Position numbers and translations under genes: made by a program. Of a stretch of DNA of 64,000 bases, positions 1 to 15,900 are shown piece after piece. Source of the stretch: Tubulanus polymorphus (Eukaryota > Animalia > Nemertea); NCBI RefSeq assembly GCF_964204645.1, contig NC_134029.1, positions 24,236,950 to 24,300,949 of the forward strand, given 5' to 3'. The notes beneath the pieces are model-generated. The model searched no databases. It worked only from the letters and a program-made list of their open reading frames with translations, and was not told the DNA's origin. Each line of letters begins with the position of its first letter. Within the stretch, counting starts at the first letter, position 1.

Positions 1-900
1 TTATTCTGACTTTCATATGGTAATAATTCATCGACTTTAGTCTTGAGATTTTTCACTTCCTGAAATGAAGAAATCATTCAATGTTTTAGTTTAATGTGAA
101 ATGACACTGTAATCTTTAAAAATCCCGGGATCCAGGTCAACAGGTCTGGGTTGAATTCGTCTTTAAACATTGAAAATGTACAAATCTTAAGACTCTTAAC
201 TCACAACTGAGTAACTGGGTCCAGCTCATACATCTTAGTAAAACCCTGGCTCACTCTCTAGATCTCAATAAAACCCCAAGATCTCTAGATCTCAGTAAAC
301 CCCCCCCCCCCCACTCTAGATCTCAGTAAATCCACAGATCTCTAAATCTTAGTAAAACCACTAATGAAGTTAGTCTGTGACACTTGCTCTCAATAGTGTC
401 GCGCTGTAGACAGTTATTAATAGTTCAGTTCAAATATCCCACATCAATTAACAATTTCATGTCAAATATAAATCACAAAATTGCGAACATTACGCAATAG
501 TTTAATAGTTTATGCGAGATAAAGCGATTTGAAGATCAGAGATAAAATCAATTTATGGTAAATGGAAGTTTAAATGTTGAAATGAGTCACGTAAAAAATA
601 AATCTACTTTTAGAAAAACTCATTTAAACCCCTGCAACAAGACAAATAGCTGCGTCTGTAGTTCTCAGTGGGATTACGAGTGATGCTTTACTATCAGTGC
701 TTAGTGACAAGCGGATTCGAGTCCTGCTGTCTGTTTACATTGTGCAAGCTATACTTCAAAGGGTGTGGTCCTATGGTGAGGTTGAACGGACGATTCAATA
801 GGGCTAGAGTCTTGGGAAACCAAGATTCAAATGATGTAAACCATGACAAACTTGATAATTTTGAAATTGAGTGGGTCTAATTTTCTGTTTATTCACTTAC

Positions 901-3900
901 AATCTCTTTATCTTTAGTTTCTAGATTCACAGCTGTTAGACGATCGGTCAGATCTGCTACTGTACTCTGTAATTGATGGTTTCTAACCTCCTCAGCATTA
1001 GCCTGTCCTTGTTCTAAATCAGCTACCTATAAATCAACAAACAAACATAACTTTACTTCATACATTCATGATAAACATAAATCTATCTCGCCGAAACCGA
1101 AGTACAATAGGCTGCAGTTTAGTTTCTTATAATCAGATATTAGTTTAAGTCCACTCAGATGACTAACTGCAGTACAAAGTTGAAATGATTTACGATTTAT
1201 TCTTGAACAATTGAACTGAATAAAATAAAACAGTAAATCAACTACGTACCTTGCGTCTTAATCGCGCGCATTCATCTTTATAAGACGCCAGCTGTTTCTT
1301 CCATTCTTCCACGTTTGAATTGCTCTCCTGTAAAGCCGTAGTTAATCGTGCGTTGTTGTTTTTCAGGGTTTGAAGTTCTATTTCCCATTTCTTCGCGTTC
1401 ATTGAGCTATTGAAAAAAATACAACCACATCAGTAAAACATTGGTAGGTACCGGGTCAGTACCGACATATCAGCGGGTCAGTACCGACATCAGTCAGTTC
1501 CAGGTCAGTACCGACATCGGTCAGTACCCGGTCAGTACCGTCATCAGTCAGTACCGGGTCAGTACCGACAGATCAGTGGGTCAGTACCGTCATCGGTAAG
1601 TACCCGGTCAGTACCGTCATCGGTCAGTACCCGGTCAGTACCGTCATCAGTCAGTACCGGGTCAGTACCGACAGATCAGTGGGTCAGTACCGACATCAGT
1701 CAGTTCCGGGTCAGTACTGACATCGGTCAGTACCGGGTCAGTACCAACAGATCACTGGGTCAGTACTGACATCAGTCAGTTCCGGGTCAGTACCGTCATC
1801 GGTCAGTACCCGGTCAGTACCGACACATCAGTGGGTCAGTGTGTAATACAAACCTCTGAGCTAGAGCCAGTTTCAGCCGATCATTTTCGTATTTTAATTG
1901 CCCGTCTGATGTATTTTCTGGAAGACCTGGTTTGTTACCCTTGTTTTTACGATCAGTCATCGAAGGTGAATTCTCTTTCAAGTTTTCTTCCAACTCTTTA
2001 ACTACAGCATCGTTCTTTCAGATATAAACAGAACAGAAATCAGTGATTACGCGAAACACCACTACACTGCATGCCACTGTGGAACGATATTATTAGCAGG
2101 TTAACGGTTTCTTTTTCCTGATTCAGACACTTACCTCGACCATGTATTTATTTGGTTTAATATCAACAGGTTTTTCAGGTTTTTCTGGTTTTTCAGGTTT
2201 CTCTGGTTTCTCTGATGAACCGTCTTTAGAACCATCCGTGATATTACTGGAAATACTGCTGTTTTCGCTGCTTCCGTTCGTTGTTTCCTGCACTTTCTGT
2301 CGACGAGTTAATTCTTTAACTTCTTTGAATTTATCGATGAACTGAAAAAACAACGAAGATGGATGAAAACTAAAAATCGAGGTCGCCTCAGAGGAATAAC
2401 GACGCGTGGGTTGTTTGTCTTCTTACCTTGGTTAAATCCTGTTCTGAAGAGAATCCGAGACCGTAGACGGTGTTCGCACGAGAATCAGACCATTGACCAA
2501 ACTTCTGAGATGTTTTTGTAAATGTCATGTTTGGTGTAATAGTACTGTTTATAACCGCCTATAAATAGATATATTCATATTTCAGATAGAGAGATAAAGG
2601 ATTCCTTTTACAAAACTGACCATGACATTTAGAGATACTGGATCCAGTTCCACAGTTCCCAGTTCAGATTTGAGTTAAAACATTGAAGATGAACTCATTT
2701 TAACTCTAACTCACAACTGTGGAACCGGGTTCTGATATTTCGTAACATATTTCAAGAATTGTTGGTGATATTCTTAAGAATATACAGCGATATTTCGACA
2801 ATGTTTTGAGTTGTAGATATTTGATATTGTTGGCAATATTTTGAGATATAGATGATGAAAGCTATGATCAATATTTTGAGATATGGATGATGAAAGCTAT
2901 GATCAATATTTTGAGATATAGATGATGAAAGCTATGATCAATATTTTGAGATATAGATGATGAAAGCTATGATCAATATTTTGAGATATAGATGATGAAA
3001 GCTATGATCAATATTTTGAGATATATATGATGAAAGCTATGGTCAATATTTTGAGATATAGATGATGAAAGCTATGATCAATATTTTGAGATATAGATGA
3101 TGAAAGCTATGATCGATATTTTGAGATATATATGATGAAAGCTATGGTCAATATTTTGAGATATAGATGATGAAAGCTATGATCAATATTTTGAGATATA
3201 GATGATGAAAGCTATGATCAATATTTTGAGATATATATGATGAAAGCTATGGTCAATATTTTGAGATATAGATGATGAAAGCTATGATCAATATTTTGAG
3301 ATATAGATGATGAAAGCTATGATCGATATTTTGAGATATAGATGATGAAAGCTATGATCAATATTTTGAGATATAGATGATGAAAGCTATGATCAATATT
3401 TTGAGATATAGATGATGAAAGCTATGATCAATATTTTGAGATATAGATGATGAAAGCTATGATCAATATTTTGAGATATAGATGATGAAAGATATGATCA
3501 ATATTTTGAGATATAGATGATGAAGGATATGATAAATATTTTGAGATATAGATGATGAAAGCTATGATCAATATTTTGAGATATAGATGATGAAAGCTAT
3601 GATCAATATTTTGAGATATAGATGATGAAAGCTATGATCAATATTTTGAGATATAGATGATGATTACCTTCGCTCCCTCGACACTAATAATTCTATATGT
3701 ATTACGACTGTTATCGAAGTAGTAACTGACGTTAATCGCCTGCCCGCTCGCCGGTAGCCATTTTTTCTTAGTTTCCGGATCTATTTGAAACACGTGAGCT
3801 TTAGTCGTATAAATCGGCTGCTCCCTGAAAAACACAACATTGAAATACGTGTAAAATATACAATCAAATAGAAAAAAAAAACAATCTGAAATGTTTCCTT

Positions 3901-6900
3901 CAGTGCTGTAGATTATTGTAGTTTCATTGATGAAAAACTCAGTCCGTATTGTTACGTTGATATAAAAAAATCCATATAAAAAGAAGTAAAAATAAAATTT
4001 GTTTACAACTGTTTTAACGCTGTATATTATTACCCCTAGTTTGTATCACATATTACTTAATCAGTCTCCAAGTTTTGGATTGTATAAATATACCTTATAA
4101 TTTTCCTATAAAGATAGTATTCCTGAAGTGACTATTAGAATAAAGTCAAAACGTTGAATAAAGTATCAGTTTTTGTGGAAATACTTCACACTCTTTTTAT
4201 CTATTCTAAATGTAGGATTTTTATACAATGACTAAAGGATGTCGTCGGATAGATGTGTTCAACAGACGCTCGAGATCCCCTCGAACATTGCCAAAAACTA
4301 ATAACGCGACAAAATCATCGACTGCAGCTCTTCTCGCAGCCATAGCAACCAACAATGAGCGATATCTCGATATTAAATTAAAGAAAAAAATATCATCTCA
4401 TAAAACTGACAAATGCCAGACGGACGTTATGAGAAAATATGTGGCTTCGTGTTTGAAATGAGTTTCCCGGAGGGCGAGCAATATGGAGCACTTCAATGAT
4501 TGAACTACCAGTAGTTTATACATCCATAGGACAACGACCAAACTTCATAAATTACCGGGAATTCAACCACCAGCACACAGGTGCAATCATCAACTATAAT
4601 ATCTTATCTACGACCATAATCAATCAGTCAAATAGCTGCCAGTGACTAATAAACGCAGTAGTTCTATCTCAAGAGGTGGGCACAATCATCATAAAACAGT
4701 CAGAAAGCTTATACAAATACAGCTAGAGACGTCCATCAAAATAAATCATACTTATGAGACTAATAGACGCACCACACACACCACGCTCACCACACGCACC
4801 ACACTCCAACATAGCAGTTATAATCATACTGCATATGACAGGATATAATCTTTACTGACCATAAAATATTATTATATGAAAGCCGATTTTTCTTTTACTA
4901 AGTGCGATAAAAACTTACATTTCTTCACGATGAGAGTGATTTCACAGTAATCACGCGAAGGGGCTGAAAGCTCACAGTAATCACGCGAAGGGGCTGAAAG
5001 CTCACAGTAATCACACACGAGTCTCACAGATATACAGTAATCAGAGCCTCGCAGTTCACGACGATGAAAAGAGCGACAAAAAACTGAATCCGATGAAAGT
5101 GTCCCCGCAGTGACAGTGAGATACACGTACAGCTCCTCTCTCCTGTCTCCACTGGTATGTGTATATATGATGGCTATTCACGGATGTGTTTATAGTGATT
5201 AGTTTCAGCTATAAAACTCCCAGGTTAGTTATCAATCAAACCTCAATGAGTTCCTCCCTCCTGGCACGGAATCAGTCCATCTATCATTATAATTAACCTG
5301 CCGTGCTGCCAAATATAGATAATCCTGTTGACAATCCTAGTCCTGACAACCCTACTGTAAGTCCTGACAATCCTACTGTAAGTCCTGACAATCCTACTGT
5401 GAGTCCTGACAATCCTACAGTGAGTCCTGACAATCCTTCAGTGAGTCCTGACAATCCTACTGTGAGTCCTGAAAATCCTAAAGTGAGTCCTGACAATCCT
5501 CTGTGAGTCCTGACAATCCTAAAGCGAGTCCTGACAATCCTACTGTGAGTCCTGACAATCCTACTGTGAGTCCTGACAATCCTACTGTGAGTCCTGACAA
5601 TCCTACTGTGAGTCCTGACAATCCTACTGCGAGTCCTGACAATCCAAAACTGTTACAGTGAGTTCTTCATTGCATTCTGTAAATGCCATAGTGTTTGATA
5701 TATAAGTTGATAAGTTTCCCAATTCAATCCTCCCAGATGTGGAGAGAAATCAATAAGCTACACGATTTGTTGATTTCATCAATCCACTCTGACTGATCAT
5801 CAATTCACCGATACACCGATACAGATACCAACGATACACCGATACTGAACAATACACAATTAGTAAAGTGTTGTAGATTCCTATGGAAGAGCTGATGACA
5901 GATGAGCTGCCACTCTCGTCATCACAGACCTCCCTCACTATAATTTCCGACGATAGGAAGCTAACCGGAGATTGAAATATTGCTTGTCAGGAATTCAGCT
6001 AGTAGTTACTATAAGGCAGCTAAACTCTGCAGCTATCCCGAGATAGTTGACACACCGACTGTGTGAACAATGTTATTGGAATGTGTCACTGGTGAGAAAA
6101 TGCAGCTGTTTGATAGAAACAAAACTTACCGATCATATTCCGATCAATACAATGTACCTGACTGTCAAAAGAGTATACCCATCTGTCAATAGTATGTACC
6201 TGAATGTCATAACATGTATGTGACTGTCAATAGCATGTACCTGTCATAACTTCTGACTGTCATAATATGTATGTGACTGTCAATAAATGGCGTGTAGTCG
6301 TTGTGTAGCTGAAGTAATCTATCATCATCATCATCATCTGTGCTGAGATCTGACGACTGATTCCCAAATGTGAATCACTAATTCGCAAATAGAACCATCT
6401 TTTTTATAGCAATTATTCATCACAGAAACTAAAAGCGATGGAAATAGAAATAGACGATACACAGAACAATTTATATCCAAACCTATCCCGGACCCCGAAC
6501 GACTGATGTAGTCTTTTTTTGTAATAGTCGCCTCAGAGAATTTCTCTCGGAAATAACGGTGATTCGGTTCGACGGTTAGGAGTACCTTTCATCAAACACT
6601 CATTCTGGTCATAAGCAAAGCAATTATACGCCGATACTCAAAGCACCGTCCACAGGGAACATCATTGATGTAGATGTTGTATTTTTAGCGCAAAAGAAAA
6701 ACCGTTTTTATGGATACATAATTTTTTTCGGTTCTTATGAAAGCAACGTCTTATAAAAAAAATTCTAGGCATTTCTGCATTATTGGTGAAAAAGCCTGAG
6801 AAATAGCCTCCCTATCTGACATATGGGGCACTGGCTCCTGGTTCGCACATCTGGAACATTGCCGCCTTTTTTGCTCCTGAGAGAAAAATATTTTAACTGA

Positions 6901-9900
6901 AATATCATCAACTATATTAGTTCCCAATAAGAACTGCACTTGTTGATGATATTCCTAACGCCTACAGCATGTGCACTACGATCAAGTCTCAGCCTGAAAT
7001 CTCATAATTTCAGAAACAGGAACGAGTGACAGCCTGCAGACGGATGGACAGTGATTAATCAGCAGCGGGCTATCACTGATACATCACGGTATAACCAGCC
7101 GGTAAATCATTACCGCTACATCGCAGTATAACCATACCGGTAATAAGGGATGACAAGCAATTTGACGATGCGTCCCGAACTCTCTCTGATCATCAGCAGG
7201 TATAATTAACGAGCCAGAAGATTATATATACTTTGATTGATCGGCTTCAGCGCATTCTATGCATTAACCTTTTAAAATAGAACTATATATTTCCTGTGAT
7301 TGAAGCTATAAACTGACAGAGCGCAGTGCGGGTTGGGTTTACCAGGCATCAGTCCAGAATAAGAGTTAGTATTAATAATCGAAAACCCTAACTTGCTTGA
7401 GGTGAGTTACTTTACACTAGCTAGACTAGGGTCAGTTAATAGAGTAAGGAATAAATTTGGATTTTATTAGATTTGATAAGCCGGAATGAGACTTCGTAAC
7501 TTGCCTCGCGTCAATTGATGCCAGTCAAATCAATCACATGTTTTAAACGCTGAAACTGAGGGGGGGGGGGGGTTTAGGGGTTAATTCAAACCAGTTTTGG
7601 TGATTGAGATTTGAATGAATCAGATGATTAAACACCGTCACTGACACTGAGATGCTGATCATGTTTTTATTTTAAAAAAAATAAAAATTCAGCTAAATTG
7701 AATTTTATAATCATCAATCATAAAGAGATAAGAAAACTGTCAGAATTGCGATCTCTCTCACTCCTGGTGCATTCATCTTTGTCTTCTCCGCAGAAATTAT
7801 ATTTTCGAGTCATGTTTTGTTTCCGGTTACATGTTTCCATGGTGATAGCATCCTCTCTCCTCCCTCCTCACACGTCGGGGAATGGAAGGTGATGGTTTTA
7901 CTCTGAGAATAAACACAATAGTAAAATAAACGGTTCACTGACTCTCATCTCATCTACCGGTTATTTTAAGAGGATTAGGGAAGGTTTGCAGCTCTTCTCA
8001 TTAATGCAAATATTTGCAATAGGGTAGACCGAGAGTTGACACCACACATGAATAGCCAGTAAGTTATTACTATTATTAGAGTCTATGAATTTTTGCTATC
8101 ACCCTTTGGTCGCAATCGCTCCCTAGAGATCCGATACTGTGATGCAATTCACAGAAAAATGATGAAACGAATAAAACAGAATTAATCAATCTATGTTTCA
8201 GTATTGACAGCACGTCTCTCAGTTAGTCCTCACAGTTTGTGTAATCAAAAGTTTATAGCTGAACAATCGATTTTTGCCTTTATGTTCATTAATTTGCGAC
8301 TAAAAGCAGCTGCTCTGATCTCCTAGTACTGTCGAGTATTAGATGAGAAAAAAGTTTTCTCAATGAAAAGATCAATACATGTCTGTAGCAGACTGCAGCA
8401 GTCTACATCAGTCTATAGCAGCCTGCATCAGTCTGCAGCAGCCTGCAGCAGTCTACATCAGTCTGTAGCAGTCTACATCAGCCCGCAGCAGTCTGCATCA
8501 GCCTGCAACAGTCTACATCAGCCTGCAACAGTCTACATCAGCCTGTAGCAGTCTACATCAGTCTGTAGCAGTCTACATCAGTCTATAGCAGCCTGCAGCA
8601 GTCTACATCAGTCTGTAGCAGTCTACATCAGCCCGCTGCAGTCTGCATCAGCCTGCAACAGTCTACATCAGTCTGTAGCAGTCTACATCAGCCCGCAGCA
8701 GTCTGCATCAGCCTGCAACAGTCTACATCAGTCTGTAGCAGTCTACATCAGCCCGCAGCAGTCTGCATCAGCCTGCAACAGTCTACATCAGTCTGTAGCA
8801 GTCTTACAGTAGTCTACAGCAATCTAATCAGATAATATCAGTCTGATCTACACAATAGAGCATTAAAAAGTGAAATTAGATACAGTTTTAATTGGAAATT
8901 GAGTAGATCTCATCATCCATTAGTTCACATTGTGTACCATGTGAGCTGTTGCTGCTGCTGCTGCTGCTGATGATGATGCCATTACTGAACTACATCTAAT
9001 GGATGATTGAACAAGAGAAACCGGAGAGTGAGGGAAGAGGGAAACAGAATGCACCATGGGTGTCATGCGTAAGAGTTATTTCGCTTTAAAAATTAGTCCT
9101 GAAAACTTTTCTAGTAAACAGAGAATCGTGAGACAAAAACACGGGGACAGCCTACCGTCAAGGGACAGCCTACCGTCAAGGTTCTGATGTTGACCAAATA
9201 TAAATACTGACAACGCGACAGAACCCGAATACATCAATCACAGCGCTCCGGTGAAGGAAACTTTACTCACTTGTTTACAGTGTTGATGGTCATTTTCATG
9301 AATTTCAGCATTCTGCGAGTTTTGGACGGAATTTTACTAACAAAACGTATAATCCTCGGATGCATGTATGAATAGAGAGAGTCTCAGTGATTTCTGACAG
9401 TGCGTATGTGACCTGTTATTATTTTATATCCCGCGCCCAAACACGACTCTCTCTCTCTCTCTCTTGTACTGTCAGTGTTTTATATAGTAGTAACGAGCAA
9501 GGCACATGTGTGTCTCCAGTATTCATTCAATAAGTGTATGAACCATCGATGACACATTGACTACAACTAGAGTTTCACAAGCACGACTCCACCCATGATT
9601 ATATCAGAGCTGTGCAGTATGAGTCATCAACCAGACACGGGGAAACAATATCTACACCTGTTACCAGTAGCATTAAACATCATATTACAATACGTAGTAA
9701 TTGACTAACTGTTCATGTTTATTGTTAGCAATGTTTGTAAACATTACTTATTGCTCATACAGTAATTAAACCAATCAAAGGGCTAACTGTGGAGATGGAA
9801 GGGTGGATTCATGACTAATCTTATAGAAGGTGGATTTGTGGAGCCTGGTTTGGATTTATATGACTAGTTTTTGAGAGGGTGGATTGTCTGAAAGAGGAAT

Positions 9901-12900
9901 TAGGGTTGGATAGATATGACTGTTACGATGACTCAACAGACTGATAACGAGTGAAGCAGGTAAAACCTGCAGGTAGAACACACTACTCAATAATCAAGGT
10001 CGATAATTCCGCGATAACGAAATATTCAAATTTATGTAGATTTGGTTTTTACAATGACGTTTCCGCTGAAAACTTGTTTCTTAACGCACTGAGATCATTG
10101 AGGTTAGATCCAGGGCGAGATCAGGGTTAGATCACGACGAGATCAGGGTGGCCAATAATCAAATGTTGATCAAACACTCCTAGGCAATTAAACCTTCAGA
10201 ATATACATTATTAACATTAGACTAGATATTTTACATTATTAACTAGATTAATGGGAATTAAGAAAATGAATGCACAGTTTAGATATTATATATTTTTAGA
10301 TCAATGATTTTGACAAATTAGTTTGTTGTAATTTTAAAAACATTGAATCAATAGTTTCGTTGAAAAGAATTAGATTAGAATTATGTTTTTGTTGTTATAA
10401 TTTTAAATATGAATAAGTAAATATTTCCTTCTGGTATTTTAACCTCTGGCATTATTACCCTCTGTACTGGTTGTAACAGAATACAATATAAAAATCACAC
10501 ATGATTTTCTTGTAATATAATATAGCTATGGGAAACATTTCTGACTGATTTGTCTTTTGAATTGTGGTTTTCTATCATATACATACAAGGTGGCCAATGG
10601 GGCCAGAGAGAGGATCATATAAATAATCAGCAAAGTGAATGTGATATGATTCATTATTACTGTAAGTCAGAGATTACGGCCTGGAGAGTTGAGTCAAGCC
10701 TTATCCACTCATAGTCACAGATAAGTGTCAAGGTGTTAACCATTTCGGTTTCAGTGATGCAGGCTGTGAACGTTCACCAGTACTACAGTTTGTATAACAT
10801 CCAGTTAAACCTCACTGATTTATCACATGATTTTCCATGTGAAAATAGTACGTTGTATTTCATTGATTTGAGTGTCAGTCAGAGACATTGCCAAGAGCGG
10901 GTTTCACTAAAGCTCGGATCGATTTCGATCTCGACTCTCGGTGACATCGAGTCTCGCTCGAGTCAATAACGTTATAAAAACTGTGTGAACTGTGATCTCT
11001 GACTGAAAAAACACTGTGTTATCACTGACTAAAAAACACACTGTGTGATCACTGACTGAAAAAACACTGTGTGGTCATTGACTGAAAAAACACTGTGTGA
11101 TCACTGACTAAAAAAACACTGTGTGACCACTGACTGAAAAAACACAGTGTGATCACTGACTGAAAAAACACAGTGTGATCACTGACTGAAAAAACACTGT
11201 GTGACCACTGACTAAAAAACACACCGTGTGACCGCTGACTAAAAAACACACTGTGTGATCACTGACTGAAAAAACACTGTGTGATCACTGACTGAAAAAT
11301 ACTACGATCACTGACTGAAAAAAAATACAGTGTGATCACTGACCAAAAAAACACTGTGTGATCACTGACTGAAAAAACACTATGTGATCACTGAATTAAA
11401 AAACTGTATGATCACTGACTGGAAAAACACTGTGTGATCATGGGCTGAAAAACACTGTGTGATCACGACAAAACTATGAGTGTCTAACAGCAGCAGCAGT
11501 TGTTACTCTGTTTCTATTTAGCACATCTATTAGAGATTCTGTGCGTATGGCTTTTCTTCTGTCATTAGATTTTGTCAGGTTTCCTGCATCAAAGATAAAA
11601 CCGTAGAAATGAGACCGCAATTTGTGAGCGCAAACTACGTTATAAATACTCATTAGCCATAAACACCTTCAATCTAAATACTGCAAATAGTCACAGTTTA
11701 ACATGACAGTAATACTGATATCTACAGGACAAATACTGGATAACACGTCTGAGATAACTAGCTGAAACACTAATGAGAGTGAGGGAGAGAGGAGAGCACT
11801 TCATTCTAGATGCACAGGGGGGAGGGGGCCTGAAACTAGCCCCAGGCCTGACTGACAGAGCTAGTGCCCCCGGGACCAAGCCCCGCGCCTGACTGACAGA
11901 GTAACCCCTGAACTGAGCCCCACGCCTGACCGACAGTGCCCCCTGGATCGAGTCCAGTGCCTGACTGACGGAGTACCCCCTGAACTGAGCCCCACGCCTG
12001 ACCGACAGTGCCCCCTGGATCGAGTCCAGTGCCTGACTGACGGAGTACCCCCTGAACTGAGCCCCACGCCTGACCGACAGTGCCCTCTGGATCGAGTCCA
12101 GTGCCTGACCGACAGTGCCTTCTGAACTGAGCCCCACGCCTGACCGACAGTGCCCTCTGGATCGAGTCCAGTGCCTGACCGACAGTGCCTTCTGTACTGA
12201 GCCCCACGCCTGACTGACAGTGCCCCCTGGCAGTGCCTGGCTGACAATGCCTCCTGAACTGAGCCCAGTTCCAGGCTGAAGGTGCCTGGATCTAGTGCTG
12301 TGTCATGTCAGAAAATAAAATACAGATATTATAAAAACATTCAATAAAAAGTAAATGATATATAAACAGATACTCACACAATGACTTTACGTTTGACTCT
12401 ACACGAGATTGGTGAAGTCATAGTTGATTGAGTCCCGGTTCAGAAGTCACATTTCATGAATACAATGTTAGATAGAGAACACGGTAACAGTAAACTAATG
12501 GTAGATATATATAGTCTTCCCAGTGGTCAATTGAAGCCCAGTAAATATCCACAAGTATTTCCTACTGCCTCGAGAAACCGCGATATAATATTCCTATTCC
12601 ATTATTGATAAATAAGCCAAAAGAAGTGCAGCGACTAACGTGAGCAGAATTCACTGATCTTCCTTCCGGCATTCCTTCAATACAATAATCATTCTTTTTA
12701 CACTAATACGATCATCTTAGATCTGAACGATTTGACACTTCGGCTCATTTCAACAGCTCTGAAATGAGCGTCGGTGTAGTTACAGTAATCGCGAGTAGTT
12801 TCCAGCAGTGTTTAGACAGACTATTAGCCGATACCGGCCGCGAGTGTAGAATTAGTTAATTACTGATTCCACGTTGATTAAGGCGCACGCGTGTTTTACG

Positions 12901-15900
12901 CCGTTATTAGGAAGACAATTTCGCGCTTAAATCGAAAAGACAAAAAGACACGATCGCCACCGACGCCCAACTCGTCACGAATATACAATGAATTCGAAGA
13001 TCCAATATCCATGGCAACTGCAATTTCCGTAGGTGGTTTTCGGATTCATAAATGAATGAATGAAGTTCAACTAGTATCCCCCCTACACCTATACCCCCCT
13101 AATGAGTATCCCCCCTACACCTATACCCCCCTAATGAATATCCCCCCTAATGAGTATCCCCCCTAACGAGTATCCCCCATAACGTGTCTCCCCCTCTGGA
13201 AATCAACGACGGAGCCTTCAAACACTTTTCAACTATTTACGCAAAAATTCCAGTTCGTAAATTAATGCAGAACAGCACGCAATTCTCTCCTCGTTACTGT
13301 AACGAGAGATTAGTAAATACTGTTAGTAATATTAGTAACTGTAACCAGAGATCCGTATATACTGGTAATAATTATTAGTTACTGTAATCCTCATCACTGT
13401 AAACCAATAAAACACAAGTTATACGTAGCACTATTGATTAATGATAGATCTCTCCTCTCTCTCCTCTCTCTCCTCTCTCTCCCTGAAAACCACAAATGCA
13501 GATTTTCTTTTCATGTTGTCTTCATCGTCGATATCAGAACCATGAAGTCAAAAATAATGAATAGCCTCGCGTTATTATTATTATATCCACTGGTGATGTG
13601 AGGAGAATAAAAGCACCAGCAGCGCTGACTGAATGGCTGACTGACTGAGATCATCACAGGGAGTAAAACTCATACAGCCTGCCCGTGTACCCATATGGCT
13701 GCCTGTCAGCCTGCCTGTGAAACTGCCTACCCATCAGCCTGCCGGTGAGCCAGTCTGTAAGCCTGCCTACCCGTCAGCCTGCCGGTGAGCCAGTCTGTAA
13801 GCCTGCCTACCGGTCAGCCTGCTGGTGAGCTAGTCTGTGAGCCTGCCTACCGGTCAGCCTGCTGGTGAGCTAGTCTGTAAGCCTGCCTACCCGTCAGCCT
13901 GCTGGTGAGCTAGTCTGTGAGCCTGCCTACCCGTCAGCCTGCCGGTGAGCTAGTCTGTGAGCCTGCCTACCCGTCAGCCTGCTGGTGAGCTAGTCTGTGA
14001 GCCTGCCTACTCATCAGCCTGCCAGTGAGCCAGTCTGTGAGCCTGCCTACCCGTCAGCCTGCTGGTGAGCTAGTCTGTGAGCCTGCCTACCCGTCAGCCT
14101 GCTGGTGAGCTAGTCTGTGAGCCTGCCTACTCATCAGCCTGCCAGTGAGCCAGTCTGAGCCTGCCTACCCGTCAGCCTGCTGGTGAGCTAGTCTGTGAGC
14201 CTGCCTACTTATCAGCCTGCCAGTGAGCCAGTCTGTGAGCCTGCCTACCCGTCAGCCTGCTGGTGAGCCAGTCTGTGAGCCTGCCTACTTATCAGCCTGC
14301 CCGTGAGCCAGTCTGTGAGCCTGCCTACCCGTCAGCCTGCCAGTGGTATGCACAGATACCATCTTTAAGGAAGAGGAAAGCTACAAGCAGTAATAGGCGC
14401 CGGTATATCGATCCTCTATCTACCCTCATTCCAACTCGGGAAATCTATACCCAGTGGTAATTACATGAAAAATAGCATCGTTTAATAAATGAGCAGTTAC
14501 CACTGCAGAATCAACCACAGAGCTCATAAAGTCATCTCAAAAGTCATCTCAAGAGTCATCTCAGAGTCATCTCAAGAGTCATCTCAAGAGTCATCTCAAG
14601 AGTCATCTCAAGCAGTCACCTCAAAGTCATCTCAAGCAGTCATCCCCATAAACATCAGTTTGATTGATAAAGTTCAGACAGGTTTGTGTGATATGTTTGC
14701 ACTTAATCAACTACAGCAATGAAATGACTTTCTGTGTACAGAACATTTTCTCAATAACCACAATTAGTCTCAGTATTTACTGCTCGTTTTGTAGAAAGAC
14801 TCTTCAAAATGTTGTCTATAATTACGCAAATTATACAAGTTAGTGAGTGTATATGTAGTGAATGAAGCTCATTAAAGATAAGTGTCAGAATCAGCCCGGA
14901 GATACCTACTACAGAATCAGCCCGGAGATACCGACTACAGAATCAGCCCGGAGATACCGACTACAGAATCAGCCCGGAGATACCGACTACAGAATCAGCC
15001 CGGAGATACCGACTACAGAATCAGCCCGGAGATAGCGACTACAGAATCAGCCCGGAGATAGCGACTACAGAATCAGCCCGGAGATACCTACTACAGAATC
15101 AGCCCGGAGATACCTACTACAGAATCAGCCCGGAGATACCGACTACAGAATCAGCCCGGAGATACCGACTACAGAATCAGCCCGGAGACACCGACTACAG
15201 AATCAGCTCAGAGATACCGACTACAGAATCAGCCCGCAGATACCGACTACAGAATCAGCCCGGAGATAGCGACTACAGAATCAGCCCGGAGATACCTACT
15301 ACAGAATCAGACCGGAGATACCGACTACAGAATCAGCCCGGAGATACCGACTACAGAATCAGCCCGGAGACACCGACTACAGAATCAGCCCGGAGATACC
15401 GACTACAGAATCAGCCCGGAGATACCGACTACAGAATCAGCCCGGAGACACCGACTACAGAATCAGCCCGGAGATAGCGACTACAGAATCAGCCCGGAGA
15501 TACCGACTACAGAATCAGCCCGGAGATACCGACTACAGAATCAGCCAGGAGATACCGACTACAGAATCAGCCCGGAGATAGCGACTACAGAATCAGCCCG
15601 GAGATAGCGACTACAGAATCAGCCCGGAGATACCGACTACAGAATCAGCCCGGAGATACCGACTACAGAATCAGCCCGGAGATACCGACAACACAGACAA
15701 TAATGGCTCTGTCCACAGACAGATGCATTTGATCATTAATTCGATATGCTTCACTGCAATAAACACTATATAATGACAAATTGACATTATCCACTTTCCC
15801 CATGTGACCAACATCAACATCAATTAAACAGGTAAATCAGACCGGGGAAAGATGCCAGTATCACAATCAAACACGGGGAGAGGGGAGAAGGGAGGGGGAG

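Noticed and set aside
2836-3662. 35-bp repeat array as a CRISPR array
   Set aside because: Units are directly contiguous with no unique spacers, lie in a eukaryotic intron, and have no cas genes. The same applies to the 26-, 40- and 42-bp arrays.
4872-7830. Further Homer first-exon candidates at donors near 4919, 6130 and 7762
   Set aside because: Wrong phase, in-frame stops or a weak donor
11691-12247. Three overlapping repetitive ORFs (also 5293-5506, 8363-8548, 11049-11249, 19265-19483, 19656-19937, 42042-42386)
   Set aside because: Translations of minisatellites or microsatellites with no splice or domain support
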